DNA from: Octopus sinensis
Lineage: Eukaryota
DNA: 46,776 bases
Direction: 5' to 3'
NCBI RefSeq assembly: GCF_006345805.1
Contig: NW_021832757.1
Span: 1-46,776 of the forward strand
The position numbers and the translations under genes are program-made. Below are positions 11,173-23,285 of the stretch, in pieces. The notes under the pieces are model-generated. The model did no database searches and had not been told where the DNA came from. It was given only the letters and a program-made list of their open reading frames with translations. Each line of letters opens with the position of its first letter. The first letter of the stretch is position 1.

Positions 11173-11249
11173 CAAATGTTCATGCCACTCATTGGCTCAC
11201 TCCCTCCATCAAACAGACCTGAACAGGTGAACGGTGTACCACAGGTCAA

Positions 11250-11385
11250 GTGTCAAAAGTGACTCCAGAGTAATGTGACGTGAAAGTGTTATGCTCAAGA
11301 ACACAACGCCCCACTCTCTCCAGGAACTGAAACCTTGATCTGGCGATCCTAAATGCAACATCCTAACCATTCGGCCATTCACGTC
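11250..11385 (-). mobile_element. SINE family C, diverged head
   Basis: Minus strand: tggccgaatggttagg..gcgttgtgttcttgagcataacacttt. Confidence 0.55.
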
Positions 11386-11472
11386 CGTATTCACACCATA
11401 TCCAATACTGGTCGAATTAAAAAAAAAAAGTTTGCATCTAATTATTTCATATCGATAAGGTTTATAAACAAA

Positions 11473-12045
11473 CGGCAGAAACGTTGGAGCATCGGAAAAT
11501 GTCTTGGAGTTAATGTTCTCGGTCTTTACATTCTGCGTTCAAATCCTGCAGTAGTCAGCTTTGCATTCCATCTACCTCGGATCAATAAAACTGAGCACTA
11601 GGGTCAATGAAATCGATTAACTGCCCCGCCTCCAACATTTCTGCTGTCATAGCTAAATTCGAAACCATTATCATTGAGCTCGTGTTATTATGGTTTGCGC
11701 GTCGGACAAAATGCTTAGCGGCATTTCTTCCGTTTCTTTTACATTATGAGTTCAAATCTCGCCGGAACACCTTTTCTTTTCATCTCCCTGGGATCGATAA
11801 GGCAAAATACCAGTCAAGTTCTGAGGGCGATGGCCTCCACTAAACCCTCCACTCGCATATTTGCAATTCTCGTTCTTAGCTTAGAAACCATTGTTATTCT
11901 TAAGAAAGCAAGAATCGATAGAGCGTTGGAAAAATGCTTTCAGTATTTGTTCGGTATCTCCGAGATAGAGAGGGAGATAGAGAGGGTGGAGAGAGAGAGA
12001 GAGGGGGGGAAGACATAGAAAGTATGCGCGCGTATGTGTGTGTGT

Positions 12046-12096
<51 letters not shown>

Positions 12097-12690
12097 AAGA
12101 CATCGTGGTAAAATGAAAAGACAACTGAAGAATGCTTAGTGGTATTTCGTCTGTCTTTATCTTCTGAGTTCAAATTCCGCCGAGGTCGACTTTGCCTTTC
12201 ATCCTTTCGAGGTGGATTAAATAAGTACCAGTTATGCACTGGGGTTGATAGAATCGACTTAATCCGTTTGTCTGTCCTTGTTTGTCCTCTCTGTGTTTAG
12301 CCCCTTGTGGGTAGTAAAGAAATAGGTATTTCGTCTGTCTTTACGTTGTGTTCAAATTCCGCCGAGGTCGACTTTGCCTTTCATCCTTTCGGGGTCGATA
12401 AAGTAAGTACCAGTTGCATACTGGGATCGATCTAATCGACTTGGCCCCTCCTCAAAGTTTCGAACCTTGTACCTAGATTAGAAAAGAATCGTTCGCGTGC
12501 CGGACAAAATACTTAGGAGGCATTTCGTCCGTCTTGACACTCTGTATTCAAATTCCGCCGAGGTTGACTTTGCTTTTCACCCTTTCGGGGTCGATAAATT
12601 AAGTACCAGTTGGTTGCATACTGGGGTCGTTACAATCAGCTTACACCCACCCACACCGAAATTTCTGGCTTCGTGCCAAAATTTAAAACC
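11473..12690 (+). mobile_element. Cluster of five same-orientation SINE family B copies (~11473-11670, 11690-11830, 12125-12320, 12323-12485, 12493-12690)
   Basis: Repeated ttcaaattccgccgaggtcgactttgcctttcatcctttcggggtcgataaa..taccagtt. Confidence 0.85.
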
Positions 12691-13212
12691 AGTCTGAAAA
12701 GATAGCTGACGGCTATCTCTAGCAAAACGAGCGACCACGTGGACGTACAAGCTTAGCGCCTTTCACATTTTTCTCTCAATTAAACTGCAACAAAAATATA
12801 TAAAAACCATCGTTAACAGTGTTTAATTAATTCAAATATGTCTTGGATTACTAGTGTAAGTACGCTTGCACCTAATTTAATTATAAGGAACGCATTTTTG
12901 CCAAGCGGTTAATTATTGTGTGAATTTTTTTGTTTTCTTATTTTAGGGGGATAATTTAAATGTTTTTTTCTATTTGTATTTATTTATTCATTTATTTATT
13001 TATTGGTGGTGGTGTTAAATGGCGAAGTGACACCTGATCATTAAATCCGGATTAAAATTTTACGGTTTCCTGAACTAAATACAAACGGATAATCTCGAAA
13101 TTCATTCAAAGCTGTGGATAAAAGAGGTTACGGCCACATTCACCCCTCACATACGCATGCACACACACACCACACATGTAGATATGTATATCTATGTATA
13201 TATATATGTGAG

Positions 13213-13244
<32 letters not shown>

Positions 13245-13295
13245 TACACACATACACGTAGACATAGAGGCACACACACATATATATATCTAAAC

Positions 13296-13339
<44 letters not shown>

Positions 13340-13360
13340 TTGTTTGTTATTTTGTTATAA

Positions 13361-13404
<44 letters not shown>

Positions 13405-13542
13405 TGTATATGCGTACACGCACACACATTCACACCACACCTTACACATATATGTACAAGTTTGTGAGTGGGTGCACAAGCATATGCATACATACACACG
13501 CACACACACACACATCCAACACACCACATACATCACCCCACA

Positions 13543-13580
<38 letters not shown>

Positions 13581-13582
<2 letters not shown>

Positions 13583-13650
13583 ATAATTCACAAAAACAAA
13601 ACAAAAGACGAAGACAGGTGGGGTAGACAACAAACAGATGTATTAGTTTA
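13581..13650 (-). repeat. 3' end of the repeat family seen at 16245-16440
   Basis: aaaagacgaagacaggtgg..aaacagatgtattagt is the reverse complement of actaatacaattgtttg..ccacctgccttcgtctttt. Confidence 0.65.
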
Positions 13651-13824
13651 ACAGTCACTCATATAAATACATATATACATATACATACATATATATATAC
13701 ACATATATATATTTGTGTGTGTGTGTGTGTGTCTGTGTGTGTATTTGTATAACACACACACACACACATACACACACACATATATATATATATAAATTTA
13801 TATATATAAACAAAATAAACTAGG

Positions 13825-14090
13825 GAAAATTTGAGCTGATGCATTTTGGAAGAAAGTCCACACTAAAACAGCCATGCTCTCTTCCTTCAGAGGAACCGCT
13901 CACAGCCTCTAACAATATCAGAGAGCTGGGCGTAATTGTTGATGACAATCTCAGTTGGAGTGCCCACATCAACAATAAGGTCGATATAGCTCGTAGGATG
14001 AGTTCCTGGATCTTAAGAACCTTCTGTTCCAGAGAACAAGGTGTCATGAAACCACTTTTCTCCTCCTTTGTACGGCCACACCTCGAATAT
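13825..14090 (+). mobile_element. CR1-group LINE ORF2 fragment, cut off by the fold-back element
   Basis: IRELGVIVDDNLSWSAHI..ARRMSSWILRTF..LFSSFVRPHLEY. Confidence 0.85.
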
Positions 14091-14932
14091 AATAATTATA
14101 ATTAAGGGTTAATTGCAACAAGTTGCTCAAAACCACATACCGAAAATATTAGAAATAGCAGCCAAATTGATCACTATTTCTCCTACTAATAAAAAGTCTC
14201 CACAAACAAACAGAATTTGTAACCTGTATATGGCAAAAAAGGAAGAAAATAACGAAATCCCAGCCTATGGATTAATTATAGACGAATCGTTTCTGGATTA
14301 GAACCGAAGGCTCATTTCCTTGTCAATATAATATTTCCTATAAATCTAGAAATGCTATGGGAAAAACTCACCCGTTACACCAGCTCGACCAGTGACATCG
14401 AACGATCTAACGGACTGCTAGCATTCATACACTTATACAGACATGCGAATTCATATCTCCCTCCAAAATTACCACGTGAGATACAAAAACATTACCAACG
14501 AAACGAAGTTTCGTAGATTTCATGTAAGGGAGCAATAGTATTAAATATGCAAAAAAGGGTGGAATATAATTAATTTAATAAAATTAATAAGTGTATGAAT
14601 GCTAGCAGTCCGTTAGATCGTTCGATGTCACTGGTCGAGCTGGTGTAACGGGTGAGTTTTTCCCATAGCATTTCTAGATTTATAGGAAATATTATTTTGA
14701 CAAGGAAATGAGCCTTCGGTTCTAATCCAGAACCGATTCGTCTATAATAATCCCTAGGCTGGGATTTCGTTATTTTCTTCCTTTTTTGCAGATACAGGTT
14801 ACAAATTCTGTTTTTTGTGGAGACTTTTTATTAGTAGAGAAATAGTTGATCAATTTGGCTGCTATTTCTAATATTTTCGGTATGTGGTTTTGAGCAACTT
14901 GTTGCAATTACCCTTAATTATAATTATTATAT
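14087..14932. mobile_element. Long fold-back Penelope-like element: arms 14087-14436 and 14587-14932, 150-bp spacer
   Basis: Arms are near-perfect reverse complements over ~350 bp. Each carries a degenerate hammerhead-like motif (14275-14332 minus; 14691-14748 plus). Confidence 0.75.
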
Positions 14933-14999
14933 ATGCTATACATACATAGCCATACTTATGCATATATGTATACACACATACAACATTACATATTTATTT

Positions 15000-15016
15000 T
15001 TTAGATAGATAGATAA

Positions 15017-15060
<44 letters not shown>

Positions 15061-15241
15061 CTAGTAGATAGATAATATAGATAGATAGATATATAGACTG
15101 ATAGATAGATAGATAGATAGATGATAGATAGATAGATAGATAGATAGATAGAGAGTAGATAGATAATGATAGATAGATAATCGATAGCTAGATAGGTATG
15201 TAAGAGTTTGAATTAGGTAGATATATATATATATTATATTT

Positions 15242-15295
<54 letters not shown>

Positions 15296-15450
15296 TGATT
15301 AATTGATTCATTGACAGATAGATCGCTAGATAGATAGATAGATAGATAGGTATTTAAGTATGTAGGTAGGTAGATAGATAGATAGATAGGTAAGTAGGTA
15401 GGTAGGTAGGTAGGTAGGTAGGTAGGTAGGTAGGTAGGTAGGTAGGTAGG
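15000..15450 (+). repeat. (GATA)n/(GGTA)n tetranucleotide microsatellite
   Basis: Direct reading. Confidence 0.95.
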
Positions 15451-15679
15451 TGTAGGTAGATTCGTTGATTGGATGGTTTCTTGCTTGCTTGAAGCTGCAA
15501 TGACAGTCAAAATTTATTTGAATTAAAATTTATAGACTTAACCGGTTTCATACTTGCGTGATTTTCAAAGGCGTAATATCCGAGCGACGTGGAGACGATC
15601 CATGAACTGTATCACAAATGGTAAGTTTATTTGTTCCATAGAATTATCTTCATGAATTAGTAAAGATTTTCATATATAT

Positions 15680-15785
15680 CATGGCCTAGTGGTTAGAGTG
15701 TTGCACACACGATCTGTAGATCATGGCTTCGATTCCTGCGTTGTGTTTTTGAGCAAAAAAATTTCATTTCATATTGCTTTTGCGA
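15680..15785 (+). mobile_element. SINE family C, diverged head
   Basis: tggcctagtggttagagtg..ttcgattcctgcgttgtgtttttgagcaa. Confidence 0.55.
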
Positions 15786-16011
15786 CAGGATCATTGTGCG
15801 TGAGTGATAGAATCGTTAACGCGTCGGCAGAGATGCTTTACGATATATCTTCCAGTTCTCTACTGTCTGAGCTCAAATCCCATTTGCCCCGGAGAAGGCA
15901 ATGAGAGTCCATATCAGTATTCACCCAAAGTCTAACCGAAGAGGGTGTTGGACCTAAGAGGAAACCACCAGTAGACTCTATATATGCATACATAATACAT
16001 ACATACACATA

Positions 16012-16225
16012 CTCTTTTTAACTCTTTTACTTGTTTCAGTCATTTGACTGCGGCCATGCTGGAGCACCGCCTTTAGTCGAGCAAATCGACCCCGGGACTT
16101 ATTCTTTGTAAGCCCAGTACTTATTCTATCGGTCTCTTTTGCAGAACCACTAAGTTACGGGGACGTAAACACACCAGCATTGGTTGTCAAGCGATGGTGG
16201 TGGGGTACGCACACAGACACAGAAA
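16012..16225 (-). mobile_element. SINE family A, 3' half
   Basis: ctcttttacttgtttcagtcatttgactgcggccatgctggagcaccgcc. Confidence 0.9.
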
Positions 16226-16305
16226 CACACACACACACACACGCATCATGTTGAATTGCTAGCTTCTGCACGCATTTTTTTCTCTCCTTGTTTCTTTTCT
16301 GTGTA

Positions 16306-16343
16306 TCTTTCTGTTGAAGAGCGTAGGCTCGAAACGTAAAAGA
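16306..16343 (+). ncRNA. Minimal hammerhead-like motif within a short interspersed repeat (16245-16440); core carries an A6>T change
   Basis: tcttt CTGtTGA a gagc gtag gctc GAAA cg T A aaaga. Perfect 5-bp helix I, 4-bp helix II, palindromic ACGT helix III. Confidence 0.6.
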
Positions 16344-16452
16344 CTTGTTTTATTTATATTCCTGAGCGCCATACTAATACAATTGTTTGTTTGTACTCCA
16401 CCTGCCTTCGTCTTTTGTTTATTTTCATAAAACTTCCCGTTATATATATATT

Positions 16453-16594
<142 letters not shown>

Positions 16595-16605
16595 AGTATA
16601 TATAT

Positions 16606-16756
16606 GGCGTAGAGTGGCTGTGTGGTAAGTAGCTTGCTAACCATCTACATGTTCCGTGTTCATTCCCAGCGGGCATCTTGGCATGTCTTCTGCTAGCGCC
16701 CCGGCCCGACCAATGCTTTGCTGATTTGGTAGACGAAACTGAAGAAGCCTGTCGTA
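16606..16756 (+). mobile_element. SINE family A, 5' half
   Basis: ggcgtagagtggctgtgtggtaagtagcttgct..tttggtagacgaaactgaagaagcctgtcg. Confidence 0.8.
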
Positions 16757-17324
16757 TATATACCGATTTTCCCTGAAGTGTGGCTGGCCTTGTGCTAAAA
16801 TTTGAAACCAATATTTTAGTTTATCGAATCTTCAAATGTGAAAGGCAAAGATGGGCTAAACAAGATTTGAACTCACAAGGTTAAAAGCCGGAACGTTTCA
16901 CAACTAATTAACCGCCACGGATTGGCTGGTACTTTATTTTATTATTATCGAATTCTGAGAAACAAAATAGAAAAAGATGAGTAATATTCATTGGGCTCGA
17001 ACTCAACAAGTCACGATTCGGTAATTTTATCCAACCATCTAAGAACTCTGCCAATTAAATCCCTGAGTCATTCAGTTCCCAAAACTGTAATATGTTTTGC
17101 TCAAAACCTATATAACTCTTTCTTAGTGACCTCGAATGTAATGGGAACCTTTAAGAGTGATTCACTGAGGAGGACTAATAAGAGAGAAACATAGCAGAAG
17201 TTATCTCTGTACAGTTTTATGGCTAAAGAGACGAAAGAATTATTCTGCAATGCATGTCCCGACTAAATTCTTTGTTAATTTGGACTTCGAGGTTGTCTCC
17301 CATTGAATTTCTTTATATCTATAT

Positions 17325-17687
17325 CTATACACACACGCACACACACACTCACAAACACACACCACACACATACACACAACAAACACACACACACACGCAC
17401 ACACACACACCACACACACACAACAACACACACACAAACACATCTACACCAAACAAACACACACACCCCACACAACACACACCCACACACACACCACACC
17501 ACACACACACACGCACACACAAACAAACACACACCCGCACACACACACATACACACAACAACACACACACACACGCACACAAACACTCACAAACACACAC
17601 ACAAACACACATACACACAAACAAACACACACCACACGCACACACACACACACACAAAACACACCCACAACACACACAACCACAACG

Positions 17688-17736
<49 letters not shown>

Positions 17737-17850
17737 CACGCACACACACACACACAACAACACACACACACCACACCACAAACACCACACACACACACAA
17801 AACACACCACAAAGACCCAAACACCTCAAACATGCGCGCGCAAGCACGCG
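17325..17850 (+). repeat. Degenerate (CA)n/(CAA,CAC) low-complexity tract
   Basis: Direct reading; source of the HT/CV-rich ORFs. Confidence 0.95.
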
Positions 17851-18225
17851 CATACATTTATATACAACTATTAATTAATAAAGCGATTGATGTTTTCCCA
17901 TTCGCTACCAGTGTAATTTTAATTAAACGATTATTATTCACAGCTGATTATATTAAGTAAGTTTGTTCCTTGTATGTGCATGTCTACATGTGCATGTGTG
18001 TGTGTTTGAGTGTCTGTGAGTATGTTTATATATATTGCAAATATATGCAAATATATGTTAATGCATATGTACAAACATTTGCATATATACATATATACAT
18101 GTATACCTATATATATATATACATGGATGCATACATATAGGCATATTTACATACGCACACTTATATGTTGCATTATATATACATACATGCATATACACAT
18201 ACCAACATATACATATGCATACATA

Positions 18226-18957
18226 GGATCTTTTCCTTTTGAACGGCAGTTTTCAACACAATTTCTAGTTAACTAAACACTTTTAAACTTCATATACTGA
18301 TAGAATGTGTCAAAATAAAACATTTTTTGTCTCTTGGCTTTCTTGAGAAAATTGTAGTTTATAAGTTTAACGTAGTTTAATTTTTCGAATTTTAACCAAT
18401 CAATCGCCTCTATTGAGCTAAAATCATTTGCTGCATCTAAAACTGAGACAACACCCTGTCATTGACCCTAACCCTAACCCTAACCCTAAATTTTAGCCTT
18501 TCGTTTTTTTTTCTTAATTGTTAAATTAATTTAATTGTTACGCGTGTATCTAAAATTATTCGTTTTGACATACACGTCTATTGTTTAAACTATTTTCCAT
18601 TGTTTAAGAAAAAAAAAAAAAACAAAGGCTAAAACGAAAGCAATGAAAGATAATTTAAACAATTAACAAACAAAATAATTCTATAATTTTATATACACGC
18701 TTTCCGTACGTAAACATAGCAGTGACAGGATGTTGTCTCAAGTTTTAGACGCAGCAAAGGATTTTAGCTCAATAGAGGCATTTGATTGGTTAAAATTCGA
18801 AAATTTAAACTACGTTAAACTTACAAATTACAATTTTCTCAACAAAGCCAAGAGAAAAAATGTTTTATTTTGACACATTCTACCAGTATACGAAGTTTAA
18901 AAGTGTTTAGTTAACTAGAAATTATGTTGAAAACTGCCGTTCAAAAGCAAAAGATCC
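18226..18957. mobile_element. Non-autonomous DNA transposon with ~240-bp TIRs, TA flanks and internal (CCCTAA)3
   Basis: ta|ggatcttttccttttgaacggcagttttcaac..ctgtcattg (18226-18464) is mirrored by cagtgacag..gttgaaaactgccgttcaaaagcaaaagatcc|ta (18720-18957). Confidence 0.8.
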
Positions 18958-18992
18958 TATATATGTGCATGTATATGTATGTATACATGTAT

Positions 18993-19400
18993 GCAGGAGT
19001 GGCTGTGTGTGGTAAGTAGATTGTTTACCAACCACATGGTTCCGGGGTTCAGTCCCACTGCGTGGCATCTTGGGCAAGTGTCTTTCTGCTATAGCTCCGG
19101 GCCGACTAATGCCTGGTGAGTGGATTTGGTAGACGGAAACTGAAGAAGCCTGTCGTATATATGTATATATAATATATGGTATGTGTGTGTTTGTGTGTCT
19201 GTGTTTGTCTCCCTAGCTTTGCTTGACAACCGATGCTGGTTTGTTTATGCCCCGTCACTAGCGGGTTCGGCAAAAGAGACCGATAGAATAGTACAGTACT
19301 GGGCTACAAAGAATAAGTCCCGGGTCGATTTGCTCGACTAAAGGCGTGTGCACCAGCATGGCCGCAGTCAAATGACTGAAACAAGTAAAAGAGTAAAGAG
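18993..19400 (+). mobile_element. SINE family A, full length
   Basis: Head, CORE-like segment, internal TA/TG tract and (gtaaaga)n tail are all present. Confidence 0.9.
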
Positions 19401-19830
19401 TATAATATAACCAAACACCCACCAAAGCACTCACGCAACACATAACACACACACACATACCACACATACATTCACACGCACATACACACACACATGCATA
19501 TATATATATATATATATATGTATATAGTTATACATACTTATATCCGTCTGTCTATCAATCCATCTTTCCAGCCAGCCAGCCATTCATCCATCATCTATCT
19601 CTATAGTTATCGATTCAACGATCGATCTGTCTGTGTGTCTGTCTGTCTACCAAACACCCCACCCTGTCGTCTGACACAGAATTACGGAGATCAGCCATTT
19701 CAAAAGCATTGATATCGATTTGGAGTCATAGAAAGGTCAAGTTTCTATTTAAGTGTGCCTGTACTTATCTACCTACCGGCTCCATTATCCCCTCCCACCC
19801 CCAACCCACCCCCACCTGCACTCCGCTCCT

Positions 19831-19872
<42 letters not shown>

Positions 19873-19939
19873 CTTTCGCGCGCGCGCTACTTCCACATCC
19901 ATCTCCTCCTCCTTCATCTCTTCACCTCATGCTATACTA

Positions 19940-21061
19940 TAACTATCACAGCTGCTACGACCACTACCATCAACACCACCACTAGCACCACCACCACTAC
20001 TAATACTGCAACTACTACTACAAACCCCGTCACCACCAGCACCACCACCACCACCACTACCACTACTACAACTACTACTACAACCCCCGTCACCACCACC
20101 ACCACCACCACCACCTCTACTACGACTACTATCATTACCACTATCATTTGCCCCATGGCAACCAGCCTCGGTTGTTGCCAATATGTCTCCACCGTCACCC
20201 TACACTCCCGCCAACACTACAATCATCAACGCCACCACTTCTACCCTAACACTAGCAAATCGCCACCACCACCACCACTACGACCACCACCATCACCATC
20301 ACCATCACCACTATCACTACCACCACAACCTCCATCACTCATACCACCTACACTAACACCACGATCAACAACAGCGCCGGCATCACTACTACATCGGCAC
20401 TGTTGCCACCCCACCACCACCACCGCTGACGCTACCACCGTCACCACCACCATCACCACCGCAACCATCAACCGCCACCGCCATCACAACCACCCCCACT
20501 ACAACCACAACTTCCATCACCGACACCATCACCACCACTACCATCACCACAACCACCATCCCCACCATCACTACAACAACACCAACACCGACACCACCAC
20601 CATCACCACCGCCACCACTAACATCTCCACCACCACCACTATCACCACCATCATCAACACCACCGACAGCACCAACACCACCACCATCACCACCACCACC
20701 TTTAACATCACCACTACCACCATCACCACCACTAACCATCGCCACAACCACCGACAGCACCAACACCAACACCACCACCATCAACACCGCCACCCTTAAC
20801 ATTACCCCATACCACCATCACTATCACCACGGCCACCACCACCATCACCACCACCACCACTACCATTACCATCACGAACGACACCACCACCACCACTACC
20901 ACCACCGCCGCCGCCACCACCACCATCACAACCACCGCCACGAGTGCCAACAACAACATAACCAGCAATACAACCCTAAATACCATTATTAGTTGCATCT
21001 TTCCCCACATCACCATTTCCACACCACCGCCACTACCACCACCGCCACCACCACCACATCC

Positions 21062-21093
<32 letters not shown>

Positions 21094-21262
21094 AATCGTT
21101 GCCAGATGCATTCCTCCCCCAACCCAATCTTCGCCACCCATCCATACAAACAGCATCAACAATATCCTCCCAACCTCCCACCACCATCGCCACCATTACA
21201 ATCATCATCATCATCATTATCACCATCACACTATCCCTAACACACATCACCCCCCATAACCA

Positions 21263-21293
<31 letters not shown>

Positions 21294-21330
21294 CGCCGCC
21301 GCCACCATCCCTCACACGCACAAAAACCCA
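19940..21330 (+). repeat. Long degenerate (ACC/CAC/CAT/ACT)n trinucleotide tract
   Basis: Direct reading; stop-poor by composition. Confidence 0.9.
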
Positions 21331-21499
21331 TCACCGCCGCCTCCATTGCTACCTACATTATCATTACATCGGCATACCGGCTTTTATTGATTGCAACCTG
21401 TGCAGCGAAAGCAACATGAATCTGCAGCTACAGCGAATCGACTTCCCAATAAAAACACATCCAATCTACCTACGACAATGCAATTAGAGCAGAACTAAT

Positions 21500-21539
21500 A
21501 GCATCCTCATTACTTTACTATTATTACTATTACTATTAC

Positions 21540-21604
<65 letters not shown>

Positions 21605-21772
21605 TATTATTATTATTATTATTATTATCAGTATTACTGTTTTATTATTATTATTATTATTATTATTATATTATTATTATTATTATATTTTACTATTATT
21701 ATTATTATTATTATTACTATTATCATTATTATTATTATTACTACTACTACTATTATTATTATTATTATTATC

Positions 21773-21820
<48 letters not shown>
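21500..21820 (+). repeat. (TTA)n microsatellite
   Basis: Direct reading. Confidence 0.95.
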
Positions 21821-22377
21821 GAGTGAGAGAGCAGTGCATGCCATCAAAGTGACACTAGGGTAAAAATATACGAAGCCCAATATACCCATCATGACTACCC
21901 GTCTGATAAAGGTACACCAGGCACATGCATCACAACCATATGTGCGCGACATGGTGATCTCATATCAAGATAAACACAGCACATGACCTTGCAGGTGGAG
22001 CCCAGTTAGAATTTTCTTCAGGTTGAGTAGCCCATACCGCTCAAAAGGTCCTTCAATAAGGGTTGTTTAAGGATGTTGAAAGAACCACCCATGTTTCCAG
22101 AGGTGAATTATTCAAACCCCAAAGTATCTCTCTCAACACATGGCTATGATGCTCCCCCACTACTTCTGCTCGTGATCAGAGATGCACATATCGTCAGCCA
22201 CTAAGGGACATGCTCAACTGGTTAAGGTCAAACAACTGACAAGCAAATCTGTGGTATTGAGCAGAATATTTGCTGTAGCCCATCTTTTATACCAAGACAA
22301 AACAATGTACATGATAACACTTCCAATCAGTTAAGATCAGAAGCCATGAGAGCTACTGCCTGGTACTGCATCAGGGC

Positions 22378-22380
<3 letters not shown>
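21821..22380 (-). mobile_element. ~560-bp non-coding insert embedded in (TAA)n on both sides; probable non-autonomous retroelement
   Basis: Sharp transitions from (TTA)n into complex sequence at 21821 (gagtgagagagcagtgcatgcc) and back at 22380 (gcatcagggcattt|att). No TIR, no recognisable protein, no tRNA head. Strand is inferred. Confidence 0.5.
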
Positions 22381-22446
<66 letters not shown>

Positions 22447-22544
22447 CATCACCATCATCATCATCATTGTTATTATTATTGGCAGACTCATTTGGGCATT
22501 ATAAAGACTAACGGATTTCATATACACCAAGGTCAAGTTTATCT

Positions 22545-22639
22545 TCCATTTTTTTGCCGGTATAGTACCAGTTATCTACTGGAATGGACTTAATCGGCTG
22601 AACTCCTCCCACAAACGTTTGGCCTTGTGCCTCTTAGAA

Positions 22640-22640
<1 letters not shown>
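22545..22640 (+). mobile_element. SINE family B, 3' fragment followed by (AGT)n
   Basis: agtaccagtt..actgg..gacttaatcg..ggccttgtgcct.ttagaaa. Confidence 0.6.
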
Positions 22641-22688
<48 letters not shown>

Positions 22689-23099
22689 ATAGTTACTAGA
22701 TATACTCAACCACTTCCGAGATTAATAAAGATTCTTCAGCAGTTATCTGCAAATGTGGTTTTCGTTACTCAGCAGCAATTTCTCTCCTCCATTACACTGT
22801 GGGTTTAATGGAAAGATAGATGTCTCGCATTTGACTTTTCCGGAGATTCCATTCTTTTACACTGTAAAATAAAGATCGATAAAACACACACACACATAGG
22901 GAACGACAGTCTCTCACACAAACCTATACACACGCACATTTACACGCACATACACAAACACACACACGCACACACAACTGATGTGGAACATATCCCATGT
23001 CACCCTACTAGCATCCGCCGGCTTGTGTGGGTGTGTGCGAGTGACTGTGACTTCATGTCGCTGTGCGTGTATGTAAGTGTATGTATGTGTGTGTGTGTG

Positions 23100-23131
<32 letters not shown>

Positions 23132-23285
23132 ATTGAGGCATTCAGGGGTGAAAGAAATAGGTTCCCAATTCTAAATGTATCCAAATAACATGGAACTTAC
23201 AAATATAGTATTGTTTGGCGTCGATGTGCACGCGACTGTATGTGCGTACATGTATATGTGTGCATATATATATACATGTGTGTAT

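Noticed and set aside
15925-15980. ccgaaga..gaaaccaccagta hammerhead-like string (also 15535-15655 and 17155-17200)
   Set aside because: Core mutated and helices II/III do not pair; compatible with chance.
18466-18489. Telomere or healed chromosome break
   Set aside because: Only about four units, located inside a TIR element; kept only as an element feature.
19753-21419. 348-aa Thr/His-rich ORF and overlapping mucin-like or Gly/Val-rich ORFs
   Set aside because: They are translations of a degenerate ACC/CAC/CAT microsatellite that lacks stops by composition; several frames on both strands are open and there is no domain or splice evidence.
22150-22380. HDV-like ribozyme at the putative 5' end of the 560-bp TAA-embedded element
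   Set aside because: A P3/L3-like ctg-atcacgag-cag exists, but no convincing P1, P2 or J4/2 could be assigned by eye.
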